Source: Candidatus Izemoplasmatales bacterium
GTDB taxonomy: Bacteria > Bacillota_I > Bacilli_A > Izemoplasmatales > Hujiaoplasmataceae
NCBI GenBank assembly: GCA_050949045.1
Contig: JBMNEZ010000001.1
Coordinates: 32,001 to 96,000, forward strand
Direction of reading: 5' to 3'
DNA: 64,000 bases
Made by a program: the position numbers and the translations under genes. The notes under the pieces were generated by a model. The model was not told where the DNA came from. It made no database searches and was given only the letters and a program-made list of their open reading frames with translations. Shown in pieces: positions 10,693 through 22,228 of the stretch. Numbering within the stretch: position 1 is the stretch's first letter; the number at the start of each line of letters is the position of its first letter.

Positions 10693-10965
10693 TCATTCTG
10701 GAGAGAATATCCTGTTCTTTTTTTCCTCTTCAAGTTGGAGTTTCAGTTCTTTTTTATATTTTGGAATTGGATCATACCCGCCTTTTGAAAAGGGGTTGCA
10801 CCTGAGCAAACGCCAAATCGTGAGTAATGAAGCATAAAAAAAATTATAGTTTTCATATGCATCCAAAGCATAATTCGAGCAAGTGGGCTTATATTTGCAT
10901 GAGGGCGCTCTGAAGGCATGCTGCTTTTGATATGATTTGATTAGTTTGATCATCAGTTTTTTCAT
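10693..10965 (-). CDS. yidD: Membrane protein insertion efficiency factor YidD
   Basis: CKYKPTCSNYA...RLLRCNPFSKGGYDP; start uncertain. Confidence 0.9.
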   Translation of the reverse strand: MKKLMIKLIKSYQKQHAFRAPSCKYKPTCSNYALDAYENYNFFYASLLTIWRLLRCNPFSKGGYDPIPKYKKELKLQLEEEKKNRIFSPE

Positions 10966-11227
10966 CAAATTCACCATCTTTATTTTATCAGTTTCGACCA
11001 ATTATTACAAGCAGGCAAACAGATGGGGATGGTTTTGTTATAATTACAATAGATTACTGTTTGTGTATTAACGGAATGTATGGTAAAATGATAAACCGGT
11101 GATAGAATAAGGAATAACAATGGCTCCTAATGGCACTTTCATCATTAACAGAGAAAAGAATCATTTCAATATACATCGATCGCATAAACAACAAATTTGA
11201 TTAAAGGATAAGGAAGGATAACTGACA

Positions 11228-12418
11228 ATGTCAAAAATCATGGCGATCAACGCCGGCAGTTCTTCACTAAAATTCCAATTGCTCGAGATGCCGGAGGAAA
11301 AAGTAATCACCAGTGGGCTAGTGGAACGGATCGGACTTAAGAATTCCGTCTTTATGATCAAGGTCAATGGCGAGAAAATTGAAGAAATCGTCGCCATCCA
11401 AAACCACAATGTCGCTGTCAAGATGTTGCTTGATAAACTGATCTCCCTTGGAATTCTCCGATCATTCGCTGAAATCGAAGGTGTCGGTCACCGTATTCTC
11501 CACGGTGCCAGTATGCTCACCGATTCCTGCATCATCACGGAGAAGGAAATAGCCATTATTGAAAGTATTGTCGATCTCGGCCCTTTGCATCTCATACCGA
11601 ACCTGACCGGAATCAAAGCGTTCAAGGAAATATTGCCTGATGTTAAACAGGTTGGCGTATTCGATACGGCCTTTCATCAGACCATGCCGGAAGAAGCTTT
11701 TCTTTATGCGACTCCCTTTGATTGGTATGAGCGGTTTCAGGTTCGCAAGTACGGATTTCATGGAACCTCGCATAAGTATGTTTCGGAAATGACCGCAAAA
11801 CTGATGGGCAAAAAGCCGGAAGATATCAACGTCATCGTTTGTCATCTCGGCAACGGTTCTTCGATCTGTGCTGTGAAGCAGGGCAAATCGGTAGATACGT
11901 CGATGGGGTTTACCCCGCTTGAGGGGATTCCGATGGGAACCAGGTCGGGAAACATCGACCCTGCGGTCATCGAATATATGATGGAAAAGAAGCAGAAATC
12001 TGCTAAAGAAATCATCAATATTCTCAACAAGCAGTCCGGTTATCTTGGTGTTTCCGGAATCTCTTTCGATTCCAGAGATCTTGTGCGTGAAGCCGCGAAT
12101 GGCAATCATCGGGCAGAACTTGCGATCCAGATCCAGGCCAAACGAATCGCCGACTATATCGCCAGCTATTATGTTTATATGGGCGGAGCCGACGCCATCA
12201 CTTTCACTGCCGGCATCGGCGAAAACGCGCCGTCGACCAGGGCAAATGTCATCGACCGCATCAGTGTTCTCGGAGTGAAACTCGATCCGGAAAAAAACGA
12301 ATGCCGAGGCACAACTGCCGAAATTTCAACTCCGGATTCCAAAATCAAGGTTTATGTCATTCCGACCAACGAAGAAGTCATGATTGCTCGCGATACGATG
12401 AGGCTCTGTCATCAATAA
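11228..12418 (+). CDS. ackA: Acetate kinase
   Basis: INAGSSSLK, GHRILHG, FDTAFH, KYGFHGTSH, HLGNG, PTNEE. Confidence 0.97.
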   Translation: MSKIMAINAGSSSLKFQLLEMPEEKVITSGLVERIGLKNSVFMIKVNGEKIEEIVAIQNHNVAVKMLLDKLISLGILRSFAEIEGVGHRILHGASMLTDSCIITEKEIAIIESIVDLGPLHLIPNLTGIKAFKEILPDVKQVGVFDTAFHQTMPEEAFLYATPFDWYERFQVRKYGFHGTSHKYVSEMTAKLMGKKPEDINVIVCHLGNGSSICAVKQGKSVDTSMGFTPLEGIPMGTRSGNIDPAVIEYMMEKKQKSAKEIINILNKQSGYLGVSGISFDSRDLVREAANGNHRAELAIQIQAKRIADYIASYYVYMGGADAITFTAGIGENAPSTRANVIDRISVLGVKLDPEKNECRGTTAEISTPDSKIKVYVIPTNEEVMIARDTMRLCHQ

Positions 12419-12429
12419 ATTCAAGAACC

Positions 12430-12473
12430 AAGAGCCCCTCCAGCGTAGTATTTACGAAGGAGGGGCTTTTTTT
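12430..12473 (+). terminator. Intrinsic terminator after ackA
   Basis: AGCCCCTCC...GGAGGGGCT followed by a T-run. Confidence 0.8.
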
Positions 12474-13772
12474 ATGGAAAGACTGATGCTTTGTTTATTT
12501 GCTTTCTTTGCCGTTGCTCAATCTAAAGACGGATCAACCTTGATCCCCCGTGGCGTTCTCGAAATAGGAGATGTCAGGTACGAATACGGAATGGATACCG
12601 CCGATCCCAAAGGTGGAAATGGTTATTTGACGATCAGAGACGGAGACATTACGCGCTGGGTTGTCTTTGACGAAGGAGCGAAGGAAGAGGTCGTTTATGT
12701 AGCCGATCTTGGAATCAATAGGATCGGTGTAGTGATTGAATGCTATATTAAAGACAGTGATAGTAACGGTTTTAAACGAAAAAATTCGCTTATCAAATTG
12801 ATCGATAGATGGGGAAATCAACTCATCTCAACCAGCATGACGAAAGAAATTATCGGAATCGGGAATTATGATTATCTAATTGCCATTGAAACCAGCCAGA
12901 AAATTGAATACTATGATCATGAATTATGGAAACACGACTTTGTTTCTCCCGATGGGGAATACATAGACACCTTCTCATATCAACATCAGGGTGTAGCCTA
13001 TGTCAATGGCATCCAAGTAGAAAAGATCGACCTTGATTATCCCGGGTATTACGATATTAGGATCGAAGGGAAAAATCATCTGTTTCAATACGCCATCGTT
13101 TTGCATTCGGATCCGGAATCGCTCCCTTTGAGCGGATCATCAACGGAAAAAGTTATGATCAGTACCAAAGGCGACTTATTTTTAAACGGTGAGCCGATCA
13201 CATCGGGAACCTTGGTTTCCGAACCGGGAAATTATGATTTGGTCGTTGCCGGAGCGAACGGATATCGACTGAACAGGTTGTTTACGATTGATGCGGTCAT
13301 TGATAACGTTGACAACGGCCAGTCGTTAATGCCGCCGCTTAAAATCAAAGCGAGCGGTTCTGACCAGACGCTTAATGGCAAACCTTATCACGGCGAGGAT
13401 GTTTACGATGCGGGAACATATTTGTTCGCTGTCCACGGCCAGGGAGATTATCTCCTCGAGAGAAGTTTCACGATCCTGCCGGTTGTCGAAGGGGTTGCCA
13501 ATGATGAAACCTACCTTGAAAAGGTCAATATCAATCTCAATTGTTATGCATTGTTGAATGGCGAGGCGATTCCAAAGAACTATCTGATCGACAAACCGGG
13601 GTCATATGTGTTGGTTCTGTACTTAAATGATATGCCTTATGAAACCATCGCTTTTACCGTCACTGCACCCTCCGAAACAGAAGAAGCCAACTGGTTTCTG
13701 GATAATATCTGGCTGTTTGTGTTTGCGGCCATGGGCGCCCTCGGGTTGGCATTGATTTTCAAAAAGCGATAA
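12474..13772 (+). CDS. Hypothetical surface protein with repeated beta-rich domains and a C-terminal membrane anchor
   Basis: N-terminal signal-like segment; about four repeats of LNG..(P/A)GxY.L...FTI; C-terminal TM ending KKR. Confidence 0.7.
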   Translation: MERLMLCLFAFFAVAQSKDGSTLIPRGVLEIGDVRYEYGMDTADPKGGNGYLTIRDGDITRWVVFDEGAKEEVVYVADLGINRIGVVIECYIKDSDSNGFKRKNSLIKLIDRWGNQLISTSMTKEIIGIGNYDYLIAIETSQKIEYYDHELWKHDFVSPDGEYIDTFSYQHQGVAYVNGIQVEKIDLDYPGYYDIRIEGKNHLFQYAIVLHSDPESLPLSGSSTEKVMISTKGDLFLNGEPITSGTLVSEPGNYDLVVAGANGYRLNRLFTIDAVIDNVDNGQSLMPPLKIKASGSDQTLNGKPYHGEDVYDAGTYLFAVHGQGDYLLERSFTILPVVEGVANDETYLEKVNINLNCYALLNGEAIPKNYLIDKPGSYVLVLYLNDMPYETIAFTVTAPSETEEANWFLDNIWLFVFAAMGALGLALIFKKR

Positions 13773-13822
13773 TTACTTTTTATGTCCTTTGAATCGTGAT
13801 ATAATCAAATCGGTGATTTCAT

Positions 13823-16800
13823 TTGCTCGATTTCGATTTGTTTATCCAAACCGGATACTCGTTCAACGGCAGCATCATCGGCATCGACAAAATCGTTGAC
13901 TTAGCCCATGAACGCGGATTCAAAACCTTGGGGATTGCCGACAATAACCGGCTATATGGCGTCCTCAAGTTTTATAATGCCTGCAAGGCGAAAAACATCA
14001 ATCCGGTCATTGGCATGCACGTCGTAATCGATGTTTCCGAGACAAAGATCGCAGGGGTTCTTTTTGCGGCGACAAATGCCGGTTATCACAACTTGATCCA
14101 AATTAGTTCGCGTCTAGAAGATGCGGACTCCTTTCTAATGCTTGAAACGCTTAGAATGTATCGCAAAGGCTTGATTCTTATCATGAGGACCGATGCCTAT
14201 GATCTCCAAAAGCTAATCACAGCCAATGATTGGGAGAAGTTTAAGAAAACGCTAGCAGTTATCAAAGACAATGTCGACAAATCGTATCTTGGGATCGATC
14301 TCGCTGATTTTTCCACCGAAACGATTGCTGGTCCCGCTCTGCGGGATCGATCCGATCTTATCGCCATCAACCGGGTCCTTTATTATGACAAAAGCGACCA
14401 ACGCGCCTCGAAAGTGCTTCGGGAATTGCTTGTCGGAGAGTACGCCGGGGAAGCGGGCATCTTTGAAGGATCCGAAGCCATCAACGACTTCAAGACAACA
14501 AGCGAATTAGATAGGCTTTATGCCGATTATCCAAACATCGTCAAAACCACGAAAGACATGATTGCCGCTATTGATGTCAAATTAGAGTATAACGAACTGC
14601 TTTTGCCCAAATACCCGCTTGCGGGTGATTATTCGGCCAAGGAGTATCTGGGAGCTCTAGCTCGAAAAGGCCTTGAAAAGCGTTTGAAAGCGAACCCTTA
14701 TCGCTTGAAGCAGGAAGCAGAATACCAAAAAAGACTCCGCTTCGAACTTGACGTGATCTGTTCGATGGGTTATGAGGATTATTTCTTAATCGTCTGGGAT
14801 TTCGTTCTTTATGCCAAACAAAACGGCATTTTAGTTGGGCCCGGCCGAGGATCCGCCGCGGGCTCGCTCGTTTCCTATGTTCTTGGGATCGTCGATGTCG
14901 ATCCGTTGGAACATGATCTGTACTTTGAACGTTTTCTTAATCTGGAAAGAATCACAATGCCGGATATCGATATGGATTTTCCCGATGACAAGCGGGACCA
15001 AGTCATCGAGTATGTGGCAAACAAATATGGAAAAAACCATGTAGTGAATATCATCACCTTCGGTACCTATCAGGGTAAAAGCGCTCTTCGGGACGTTTCG
15101 CGGATTTTGGGAATAAAACCGATGATCGTCGATGAAGTGACTAAATATGTGGGGGAAACGCAAAACTCGATAGCCGAATTCATCAAGGAGTTTCCTATAA
15201 AGTACAACAACCTAATGGAAATACCCGAAGTGAAGGAACTTTTCGAAATCGCCATGAAGATCGTCGATCAACCTCGGCATATTTCTACCCACGCTGCGGG
15301 TATTATCATCTCCGACCGTGAGATAACCGATCTTGTCCCCGTTCAAAAAGGCCTTCTCAATCTGTATCAGACTCAGTTCGAAGCCTCAGACCTGGAAAAG
15401 ATCGGCTTATTGAAAATCGACTTTCTCGGGATCAGAAACCTGACCGTCATTGCCAAGGCCGTCGATTTGATCAGGGAAAAGAAAAACGAGAACATCGATA
15501 TCTACAAGATACCTTTCAATGATCAGCCGACTTTCAAACTGTTACAAGAGGCGAGGACTCTGGGAATCTTTCAACTTGAATCACAAGGAATGATCAATCT
15601 TGTCAAAAAAATGAAAATCGCGAGTTTCACTGATGTCGCGACCTGTATCGCTTTGTTCCGCCCTGGGCCAATGGAAAATATTCCTCAGTTTCTAAGAAGG
15701 CGGAACAAAGTCGAGAAAGTCACTTATCTCCACCCCGATCTGGAACCGATCCTCGATTATACCGAAGGCATCATTGTCTATCAGGAACAGATCATGCAGA
15801 TCGCGAATGTCTTCGCTGGTTATTCTCTTGGAGAGGCCGATGTTTTGAGACGGGCAGTCAGCAAGAAAAATGAGAAAATCCTCATTGAGGAGCGCGAACG
15901 TTTTGTTTCAAAATGTCTTGAAAGGAACCACTCCGCGGCCCTCAGCAACCAAATATATGATTATATAGTCAAATTCGCCAATTATGGCTTTAACAAGTCG
16001 CACGCGGTCGCCTATGCGGTTGTTGCCTATTGGATGGCTTATCTAAAAGCCAATTATCCCGGATACTTTATGACCGCCCTTATGGATTTTGCCCTTGGCA
16101 GCCAAAGTGCAACTCTCGACTACCTCAAGGAATGCCGGAAAATGGATATCAAGATTTTGCCGCCCCGGATCAACCGTTCCGGCAAATCCTACCGTGTCGA
16201 GAAAAACGCCCTGAGATATCCCTATCTGGGAATTAGAAACATCGGAAACGTGGTCGCAGAAAAGATCGAAGCGATTCAAAACGAAGGGGAAGTAACCGGA
16301 TTGGTCGATTTTCTTTCAAGGGGCAGGGATCTGAATGTCAAAGTCATCGAATCACTGATCATGGCCGGCGTTTTCGACGAATTCGGCGAGACGAAACAGA
16401 CATTGATCGAGAACTACAAGCAGATCATTCTCAGTCTTAATCTAGGGCAGAACTTGCATGATGTCGGTTTTGTGTTTCGTAAATATCCCGAATACGAAAA
16501 CAATTATCTGGCACAGAAAGAAAAGGAACTGCTCGGCTTCAATCTGAGTTATCATCCGCTTAACGACTATTTGCCGATCTTGGAGTCGAGGAAAATCAGA
16601 CGGCTGTCGGATGCTTATCTGGAAATCGGCAGGGAAACCGATTTTGGAGCGTTCTTGACGCGAGTAAAGACAATCAGGACCAAGGATCAGCAGGAAATGA
16701 GTTTTTTGGAGTTTCAGGATCAAAACCGGGAAATCGAAGCTGTCCTTTTCCCGCGCGTACACACCATATATAAAAATATCATTATCCAAAACACCGCTTG

Positions 16801-16885
16801 GATTGTTTCCGGAACCGTTGAAGAAAGAAACGGCAAGATCCAAGTTATCGTTATTAAACTCGAGAAAATCGGAGGCGAGAACTAA
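13823..16885 (+). CDS. dnaE: DNA polymerase III alpha subunit (DnaE)
   Basis: GPGRGSAAGSLV, PDIDMDF, HAAG, KIDFLG, YGFNKSHA. Confidence 0.97.
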   Translation: MLDFDLFIQTGYSFNGSIIGIDKIVDLAHERGFKTLGIADNNRLYGVLKFYNACKAKNINPVIGMHVVIDVSETKIAGVLFAATNAGYHNLIQISSRLEDADSFLMLETLRMYRKGLILIMRTDAYDLQKLITANDWEKFKKTLAVIKDNVDKSYLGIDLADFSTETIAGPALRDRSDLIAINRVLYYDKSDQRASKVLRELLVGEYAGEAGIFEGSEAINDFKTTSELDRLYADYPNIVKTTKDMIAAIDVKLEYNELLLPKYPLAGDYSAKEYLGALARKGLEKRLKANPYRLKQEAEYQKRLRFELDVICSMGYEDYFLIVWDFVLYAKQNGILVGPGRGSAAGSLVSYVLGIVDVDPLEHDLYFERFLNLERITMPDIDMDFPDDKRDQVIEYVANKYGKNHVVNIITFGTYQGKSALRDVSRILGIKPMIVDEVTKYVGETQNSIAEFIKEFPIKYNNLMEIPEVKELFEIAMKIVDQPRHISTHAAGIIISDREITDLVPVQKGLLNLYQTQFEASDLEKIGLLKIDFLGIRNLTVIAKAVDLIREKKNENIDIYKIPFNDQPTFKLLQEARTLGIFQLESQGMINLVKKMKIASFTDVATCIALFRPGPMENIPQFLRRRNKVEKVTYLHPDLEPILDYTEGIIVYQEQIMQIANVFAGYSLGEADVLRRAVSKKNEKILIEERERFVSKCLERNHSAALSNQIYDYIVKFANYGFNKSHAVAYAVVAYWMAYLKANYPGYFMTALMDFALGSQSATLDYLKECRKMDIKILPPRINRSGKSYRVEKNALRYPYLGIRNIGNVVAEKIEAIQNEGEVTGLVDFLSRGRDLNVKVIESLIMAGVFDEFGETKQTLIENYKQIILSLNLGQNLHDVGFVFRKYPEYENNYLAQKEKELLGFNLSYHPLNDYLPILESRKIRRLSDAYLEIGRETDFGAFLTRVKTIRTKDQQEMSFLEFQDQNREIEAVLFPRVHTIYKNIIIQNTAWIVSGTVEERNGKIQVIVIKLEKIGGEN

Positions 16886-17838
16886 TGCAAAGAATCAGCG
16901 TTTTAACTTCAGGAGGGGACGCTCCCGGCATGAATGCCGTCATCAGGGCGGTCGTTAGGACGGGCATCCATTACGGAATGGAGGTTTATGCCGTCTATGA
17001 AGGTTTTAAAGGCCTTGTCGAGGGCAAGATCAAAAAAATGGAGCGTAGCGATGTCAGCCAGATCATCAATCGCGGCGGGACCATCATCGGCTCCTCGAGA
17101 CTCAGGGATTTTGTCAAACCTGAAGTCCAAGACATCGCCGTCAAAAACCTTCGGGACCTATCGATCGGAGGGCTTGTGACGATCGGAGGCGATGGAACTT
17201 ATCGCGGGGCGATGGATTTGACCAGCAAAGGTATCCCGTGCATCGCCATCCCGGGGACAATCGATAATGATGTCGCCTCGACCGAATATACGATCGGTTT
17301 CTTCACTGCCCTTGATACCGCCATTGACGCGATCGACAAACTCAGGGACACATCTTTTTCCCATCAGCGTTGTACCGTTGTCGAAGTAATGGGACGAAAT
17401 TGTGGCGATCTCGCCATTTTTGCGGGAATCGCCTGTGGCGCTGAAATCGTTATTACCAAGGATACGGGATTCGACCATGCCGCGGTTTTAAAGAAAGTCC
17501 GCAAGGCAAATTTGATGGGCAAGAGTCACTTGGTGATCGTTGTCGCCGAAAACATCACCGATGTCTTCAAACTGGCCAAGGATGTGGAGGACAACACGAC
17601 CTATGAAGCCAGAGCCAGCGTTCTTGGGTATATCCAAAGGGGCGGAACCCCTTCGGCATTCGACCGGATCCTCGCAAGTAAAATGGGGGCGTATGCCGTC
17701 GAATTGCTTCGGCAGGGCTTAGGCGGCAAGGCGCTTTTCGCCAATAGCCTTACGGTCGGTCATTGTGATATTTTTGATGCTTTGAAGCAAAAACTGAAAT
17801 CAAGCGATCTCTATGATTATCTGCCAAAACTAAATTGA
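16885..17838 (+). CDS. pfkA: ATP-dependent 6-phosphofructokinase
   Basis: TSGGDAPGMN, GGDGT, PGTIDND, EVMGR, LGYIQRGG; TAATG overlap with dnaE. Confidence 0.97.
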   Translation: MQRISVLTSGGDAPGMNAVIRAVVRTGIHYGMEVYAVYEGFKGLVEGKIKKMERSDVSQIINRGGTIIGSSRLRDFVKPEVQDIAVKNLRDLSIGGLVTIGGDGTYRGAMDLTSKGIPCIAIPGTIDNDVASTEYTIGFFTALDTAIDAIDKLRDTSFSHQRCTVVEVMGRNCGDLAIFAGIACGAEIVITKDTGFDHAAVLKKVRKANLMGKSHLVIVVAENITDVFKLAKDVEDNTTYEARASVLGYIQRGGTPSAFDRILASKMGAYAVELLRQGLGGKALFANSLTVGHCDIFDALKQKLKSSDLYDYLPKLN

Positions 17839-17839
17839 G

Positions 17840-17864
17840 AAAAAGCTCCGATTCCGGAGCTTTT
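17840..17864. terminator. Bidirectional terminator
   Basis: AAAAAGCTCCG-ATTC-CGGAGCTTTTT between convergent genes. Confidence 0.85.
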
Positions 17865-19496
17865 TCATGAATGATGGAAAACAACGGGCAGAGATTCACC
17901 GTAGACGACGATCAGATAATGATCTCGATAGGTCGTGACGACGGCGCGTTTGTATAGTTCAACAAGCTGGTATTCCCGATTGGTTTCATAGAATTTGCGG
18001 AGGATCTCGTTTCTGTTGGGGAGCCGTCGCCACCATAGTTTGGGTTTTTGTTTATGATAGAGAAGATAATCGAGTTTAAGCAATGACAAGTTCTCGCCGG
18101 AGATTTCGGGATAAGCATGTTCAATGAACATATTGAAACGTTCGAACACATCCATCAATTGATAACCGCCGAAAGCATAACCGGATTCCTTCCAATAGTT
18201 GCCAAGCGCGAGGAATAAACTAAATGGGGAAGCGACATTGTCGATCACAAACCGGATTGCTCTATTCATGAAGCCTTTGTTATAATGAACATTCAACATT
18301 CTTTCAACCAAAACGATCTTTTGCATGTCGATCGCGGAAAGCCATTTGGATGAATAAATTTCATAGGGAGGGTCGGCGTTATAAACATAGCCGTGCCGTT
18401 TTGCCTCGTCCCTCAGCGAGGTGCCCCGCAATAATTTGAGGACACCGAGTTGGAGTTCTTTTGGAAACAGTCTGATGCTTTTGTTAAACGTGGTCTCGAA
18501 ACTGACAATGTCTTCTTGGGGCAAGCCGGCAATCAAATCGAGATGAAGGTCGATAACGTCTTTTTCCTGGATGTATTTGATCGTTTGAAACAAACGGGGG
18601 ATATCCTGATGCCGATTGACCAAGGCATTGGTTTCGGGGTTGGTCGATTGGATGCCGATTTCAAAACGGATCCGATTCCTGGGAGCACGGCTGTTGATTT
18701 TGTCGATGAAATCCTGTGAAAGGATATCGCCGGTAATCTCGAATTGGAAACTTACATCTTTAATATCAAGATCAATGATGTGATCGATAATCTTTTCGGC
18801 AAGGGTCTCTTTAACGTTGAAAGTGCGGTCAAGGAACTTGAAGGTTCTGGCTCCGACCGAGAGCAAATAATCGATTGAGTCGATGACCCGTGAAACAGGG
18901 AAGTAACGGATCTTGTTGTCAAGGGATGCTAGGCAATAGGAACAATGGAAGGGGCAACCACGTGAAAGTTCAAGATACTGGATTTTATGGGGGATGTCAT
19001 CTATGAACTCTTCGAGCCGGTAAGGGTCTTTAAGTGAAGACAGATCAGCGATCAGTTCTTTCTTGGTTGCGATGGTTTTTCCTTTTTCGCGGTAGATGAG
19101 ATTCGGAATCCGATTGATATCGCCGCCTTCTTTGAGAAAACGGAGCAGCTTATTGAAGGTGATTTCTCCTTCTCCAGAGATGATATAGTCGACCGGATTT
19201 TCCCTTATGTATTCCTCATAATCATAGCTGACCTCAGGACCGCCCCAGACGATGATGGTTTTCATTATGTCCTTGATGGCTTTGGTCAGTTTTTTGACGA
19301 TCATGACATTCCAGATATAGACGCTGAAACCGATGACCTCAGGCCGGAGCGAAACAATGGATTCCATAATCTGTTGTGTCCGGTCATTGATCGTGAATTC
19401 TTTTATGGTAACGGGAAAATCACAGTTTGCCTTAAGCAGACGAACCGCGAGATTAGTGTGGATGTACTTGGCATCAAGAGCAATAAGCAAGACCAC
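17865..19496 (-). CDS. B12-binding radical SAM protein (DUF4080-type)
   Basis: KYIHTNLA, GGPEVS, SRGCPFHCSYC (CxxxCxxC). Confidence 0.9.
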   Translation of the reverse strand: MVLLIALDAKYIHTNLAVRLLKANCDFPVTIKEFTINDRTQQIMESIVSLRPEVIGFSVYIWNVMIVKKLTKAIKDIMKTIIVWGGPEVSYDYEEYIRENPVDYIISGEGEITFNKLLRFLKEGGDINRIPNLIYREKGKTIATKKELIADLSSLKDPYRLEEFIDDIPHKIQYLELSRGCPFHCSYCLASLDNKIRYFPVSRVIDSIDYLLSVGARTFKFLDRTFNVKETLAEKIIDHIIDLDIKDVSFQFEITGDILSQDFIDKINSRAPRNRIRFEIGIQSTNPETNALVNRHQDIPRLFQTIKYIQEKDVIDLHLDLIAGLPQEDIVSFETTFNKSIRLFPKELQLGVLKLLRGTSLRDEAKRHGYVYNADPPYEIYSSKWLSAIDMQKIVLVERMLNVHYNKGFMNRAIRFVIDNVASPFSLFLALGNYWKESGYAFGGYQLMDVFERFNMFIEHAYPEISGENLSLLKLDYLLYHKQKPKLWWRRLPNRNEILRKFYETNREYQLVELYKRAVVTTYRDHYLIVVYGESLPVVFHHS

Positions 19497-19585
19497 TGAT
19501 TATCACCATCACTATTGTAACAGAAACCGATTTTCTAGCCAATGCCGGATAAGGAATATGATATACTATTTAACAGGTGATTAAA

Positions 19586-21547
19586 GTGCGGCGTTTTGAA
19601 GTCGTCTCTGATTATTTTCCGACCGGCGATCAACCGAAAGCGATCCAAAAACTCACGGAAAACCTGAACCGGGGCATGCGGGAGCAGGTGCTTTTGGGCG
19701 CGACGGGGACCGGCAAGACTTTCACCATCAGCAAGCTCATCGAAAACGTGCAAAGACCGGTTCTTGTGCTCGCCCACAACAAGACTCTCGCCGGTCAACT
19801 CTACAACGAGTTCAAGACGCTTTTTCCAAACAACCGCGTTGAGTATTTTATCTCCTATTACGACTATTACCAGCCTGAAGCCTATGTTCCCGGAGCCGAT
19901 TTATATATCGAGAAAGACGCCAGGATCAATGATGAGATCGATGAGATGCGCCATGCGGCGACATCTTCGTTGCTTGAAAGGCGGGACGTCATCGTCGTTG
20001 CGTCCGTATCATGCATTTACGGGATCGGCGATCCCGAGGAGTATCAAAAAGGAATGGTGACGCTCAGAGTCGGCGAAGACTCCGGAAGAGACAACCTGAT
20101 CAGGAAACTGGTGACGATCCTCTACGAGCGCAACGACATTGATTTCACCCGTGGCAGTTTCCGGGTCAAAGGCGACATCGTTGAGATTCTGCCTCCAAAT
20201 GAGAACAACATCGCTTTCCGGGTTGAATTTGAATTCGACACGATTCGTCGGATCCGCACTTTCAATATCGTCACCGGTGAAATTGTCCAGGAATTCCAAT
20301 TGGTTTCCTTGTTTCCGGCATCCCATTTTCTGACGGATCGCAATAAACTTGAAGAGGCACTTAAAAGGATCAAATCCGAACTTGAAGAAAGAATTGCCTA
20401 TTTCAAAGAAAAAGGCCAGTTGCTGGAAGCGGAGAGAATCGAACAACGCACGAACTATGATATCGAGATGTTACGGGAGATAGGTTTCTGTAACGGCATT
20501 GAGAACTACTCCAGGCATCTTTCCCTCCGCGGCCCGGGTGAGACTCCTTCGGTATTGATCGATTTCTTTCCTGATGATTTCCTGCTTGTAATCGACGAAT
20601 CTCATGTCACTATCCCCCAAGTCAGGGGCATGTATAACGGCGACCGCTCAAGAAAGCAGACGCTCGTCGACTATGGTTTTCGCCTGCCTTCGGCGCTTGA
20701 CAACCGCCCGCTTAATTTTTCCGAGTTTCAAAGAAAGATTAATCAGGTGGTCTATGTTTCGGCGATGCCGGGAGACTATGAGATGAAACGTGCCGATGAT
20801 ATTGTCGAACAGATCATCAGACCGACCGGCCTTTTGGACCCGGTCGTTGAAGTCAAGCCTTCAGAAGGGCAGATCGATGATCTGCTTGGCGAGATCGAAC
20901 AGACGCTTGCTAGGAAGGAAAGAGTTTTGATCACAACGCTCACGATCAAGATGAGCGAAGATTTGACCAAGTATCTCCAGAGCCTGGGATACAAGGTCGC
21001 ATATCTCCACTCTGAGATCAAGGCTCTGGAACGTTTGGAGATCATCCGCCGCCTGAGGCTGGGAGAATACGACATCCTCGTCGGCATCAATTTGCTTCGC
21101 GAGGGTCTTGACCTTCCCGAAGTTTCACTGATTGCGATTCTCGACGCTGACAAGGAAGGGTTCCTGAGAAGCGAAAGGTCTTTGATCCAGACGATTGGAA
21201 GGGCCGCACGGAATCAAAATGGCAAAGTTGTGATGTATGCGCAATCAATGACCGACTCCATGGAAAAAGCGATTCGAGAAACAAACCGCCGTCGTTCGAT
21301 CCAGGCTGCTTTCAACGAAGATAATAATATCATTCCGAAAACGATCTTGAAGCCGATCTACGATTCGATTTCGATCAAGGGCGAGGCTCAAGAAAAAGTC
21401 AACAGTTTCGAAGGCTTATCAAAAACTGAGATCAAGAACAATATCTCGATTCTGGAGAGCCAGATGTATTTGGCAGCGAAAAACCTTGATTTTGAAAGGG
21501 CAGCTGAACTCAGAGACATCATCTTCGAGATGAAGAGGCGCTTATGA
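19586..21547 (+). CDS. uvrB: Excinuclease ABC subunit B
   Basis: [23 protein letters not shown]-terminal UVR domain FERAAELRD; likely GTG start with RBS AGGTGA. Confidence 0.97.
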   Translation: MRRFEVVSDYFPTGDQPKAIQKLTENLNRGMREQVLLGATGTGKTFTISKLIENVQRPVLVLAHNKTLAGQLYNEFKTLFPNNRVEYFISYYDYYQPEAYVPGADLYIEKDARINDEIDEMRHAATSSLLERRDVIVVASVSCIYGIGDPEEYQKGMVTLRVGEDSGRDNLIRKLVTILYERNDIDFTRGSFRVKGDIVEILPPNENNIAFRVEFEFDTIRRIRTFNIVTGEIVQEFQLVSLFPASHFLTDRNKLEEALKRIKSELEERIAYFKEKGQLLEAERIEQRTNYDIEMLREIGFCNGIENYSRHLSLRGPGETPSVLIDFFPDDFLLVIDESHVTIPQVRGMYNGDRSRKQTLVDYGFRLPSALDNRPLNFSEFQRKINQVVYVSAMPGDYEMKRADDIVEQIIRPTGLLDPVVEVKPSEGQIDDLLGEIEQTLARKERVLITTLTIKMSEDLTKYLQSLGYKVAYLHSEIKALERLEIIRRLRLGEYDILVGINLLREGLDLPEVSLIAILDADKEGFLRSERSLIQTIGRAARNQNGKVVMYAQSMTDSMEKAIRETNRRRSIQAAFNEDNNIIPKTILKPIYDSISIKGEAQEKVNSFEGLSKTEIKNNISILESQMYLAAKNLDFERAAELRDIIFEMKRRL

Positions 21548-21987
21548 AAAAAACCGTGTCATTATCTGTTTCTCTGATTCTTACAATCCTGGTTTTCTCA
21601 TTCTCCCTGGTTTCGGGAGAATCATCGGGAAACCAAAGCCTTGTCATTGCGGAGGCAATCAAGCGGTTCATTGACAGTTTGTTTCCGGATTGGGAACTGT
21701 CGTTATCGCTGATCCATCAGATTGTCCGCAAGGGCGCCCATGTGGCGGAATACACCTTATTGGGAATGAGTTGGCTGTTTACATTCAGCCTTTTTGGTTT
21801 AAAAAAAGCTTTCTTTCCTTTGCTTGGATTGTTGGTTGCCCTCGCTGACGAAGGTATCCAGTTTCTGGCTGATGAAAGAGGACCAAGCTTGTTTGACGCT
21901 TTGGTGTTCGATTTTCCCGGTTTCATGCTTGGGGGCATCATCGTTTTTCTCTTCATCAAGGCCAAAAAGAACAAAGTTGCCACGTAG
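21544..21987 (+). CDS. VanZ family membrane protein
   Basis: [18 protein letters not shown]...RGPS..D. Confidence 0.85.
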   Translation: MKKTVSLSVSLILTILVFSFSLVSGESSGNQSLVIAEAIKRFIDSLFPDWELSLSLIHQIVRKGAHVAEYTLLGMSWLFTFSLFGLKKAFFPLLGLLVALADEGIQFLADERGPSLFDALVFDFPGFMLGGIIVFLFIKAKKNKVAT

Positions 21988-22228
21988 TGGCGGTTTGCTT
22001 TGACAAGCTATATTGATCGTGACATACAATAGAATAGTTAATCGAAGCGGCGCCTACGCAAGGGTTAAAAAAATTAAATAAACGCTTCTGATCGGATAAT
22101 GACTAATTTAATGTTTTGGATTATGAACAAACACTATCCAATGATAATTCAACATCCCCAGCAAACAGTTTTTTTCCTTTAAACCTCTCGATTTCGCTTT
22201 TTTTGTGCTATAATATATTTAAAGATAA

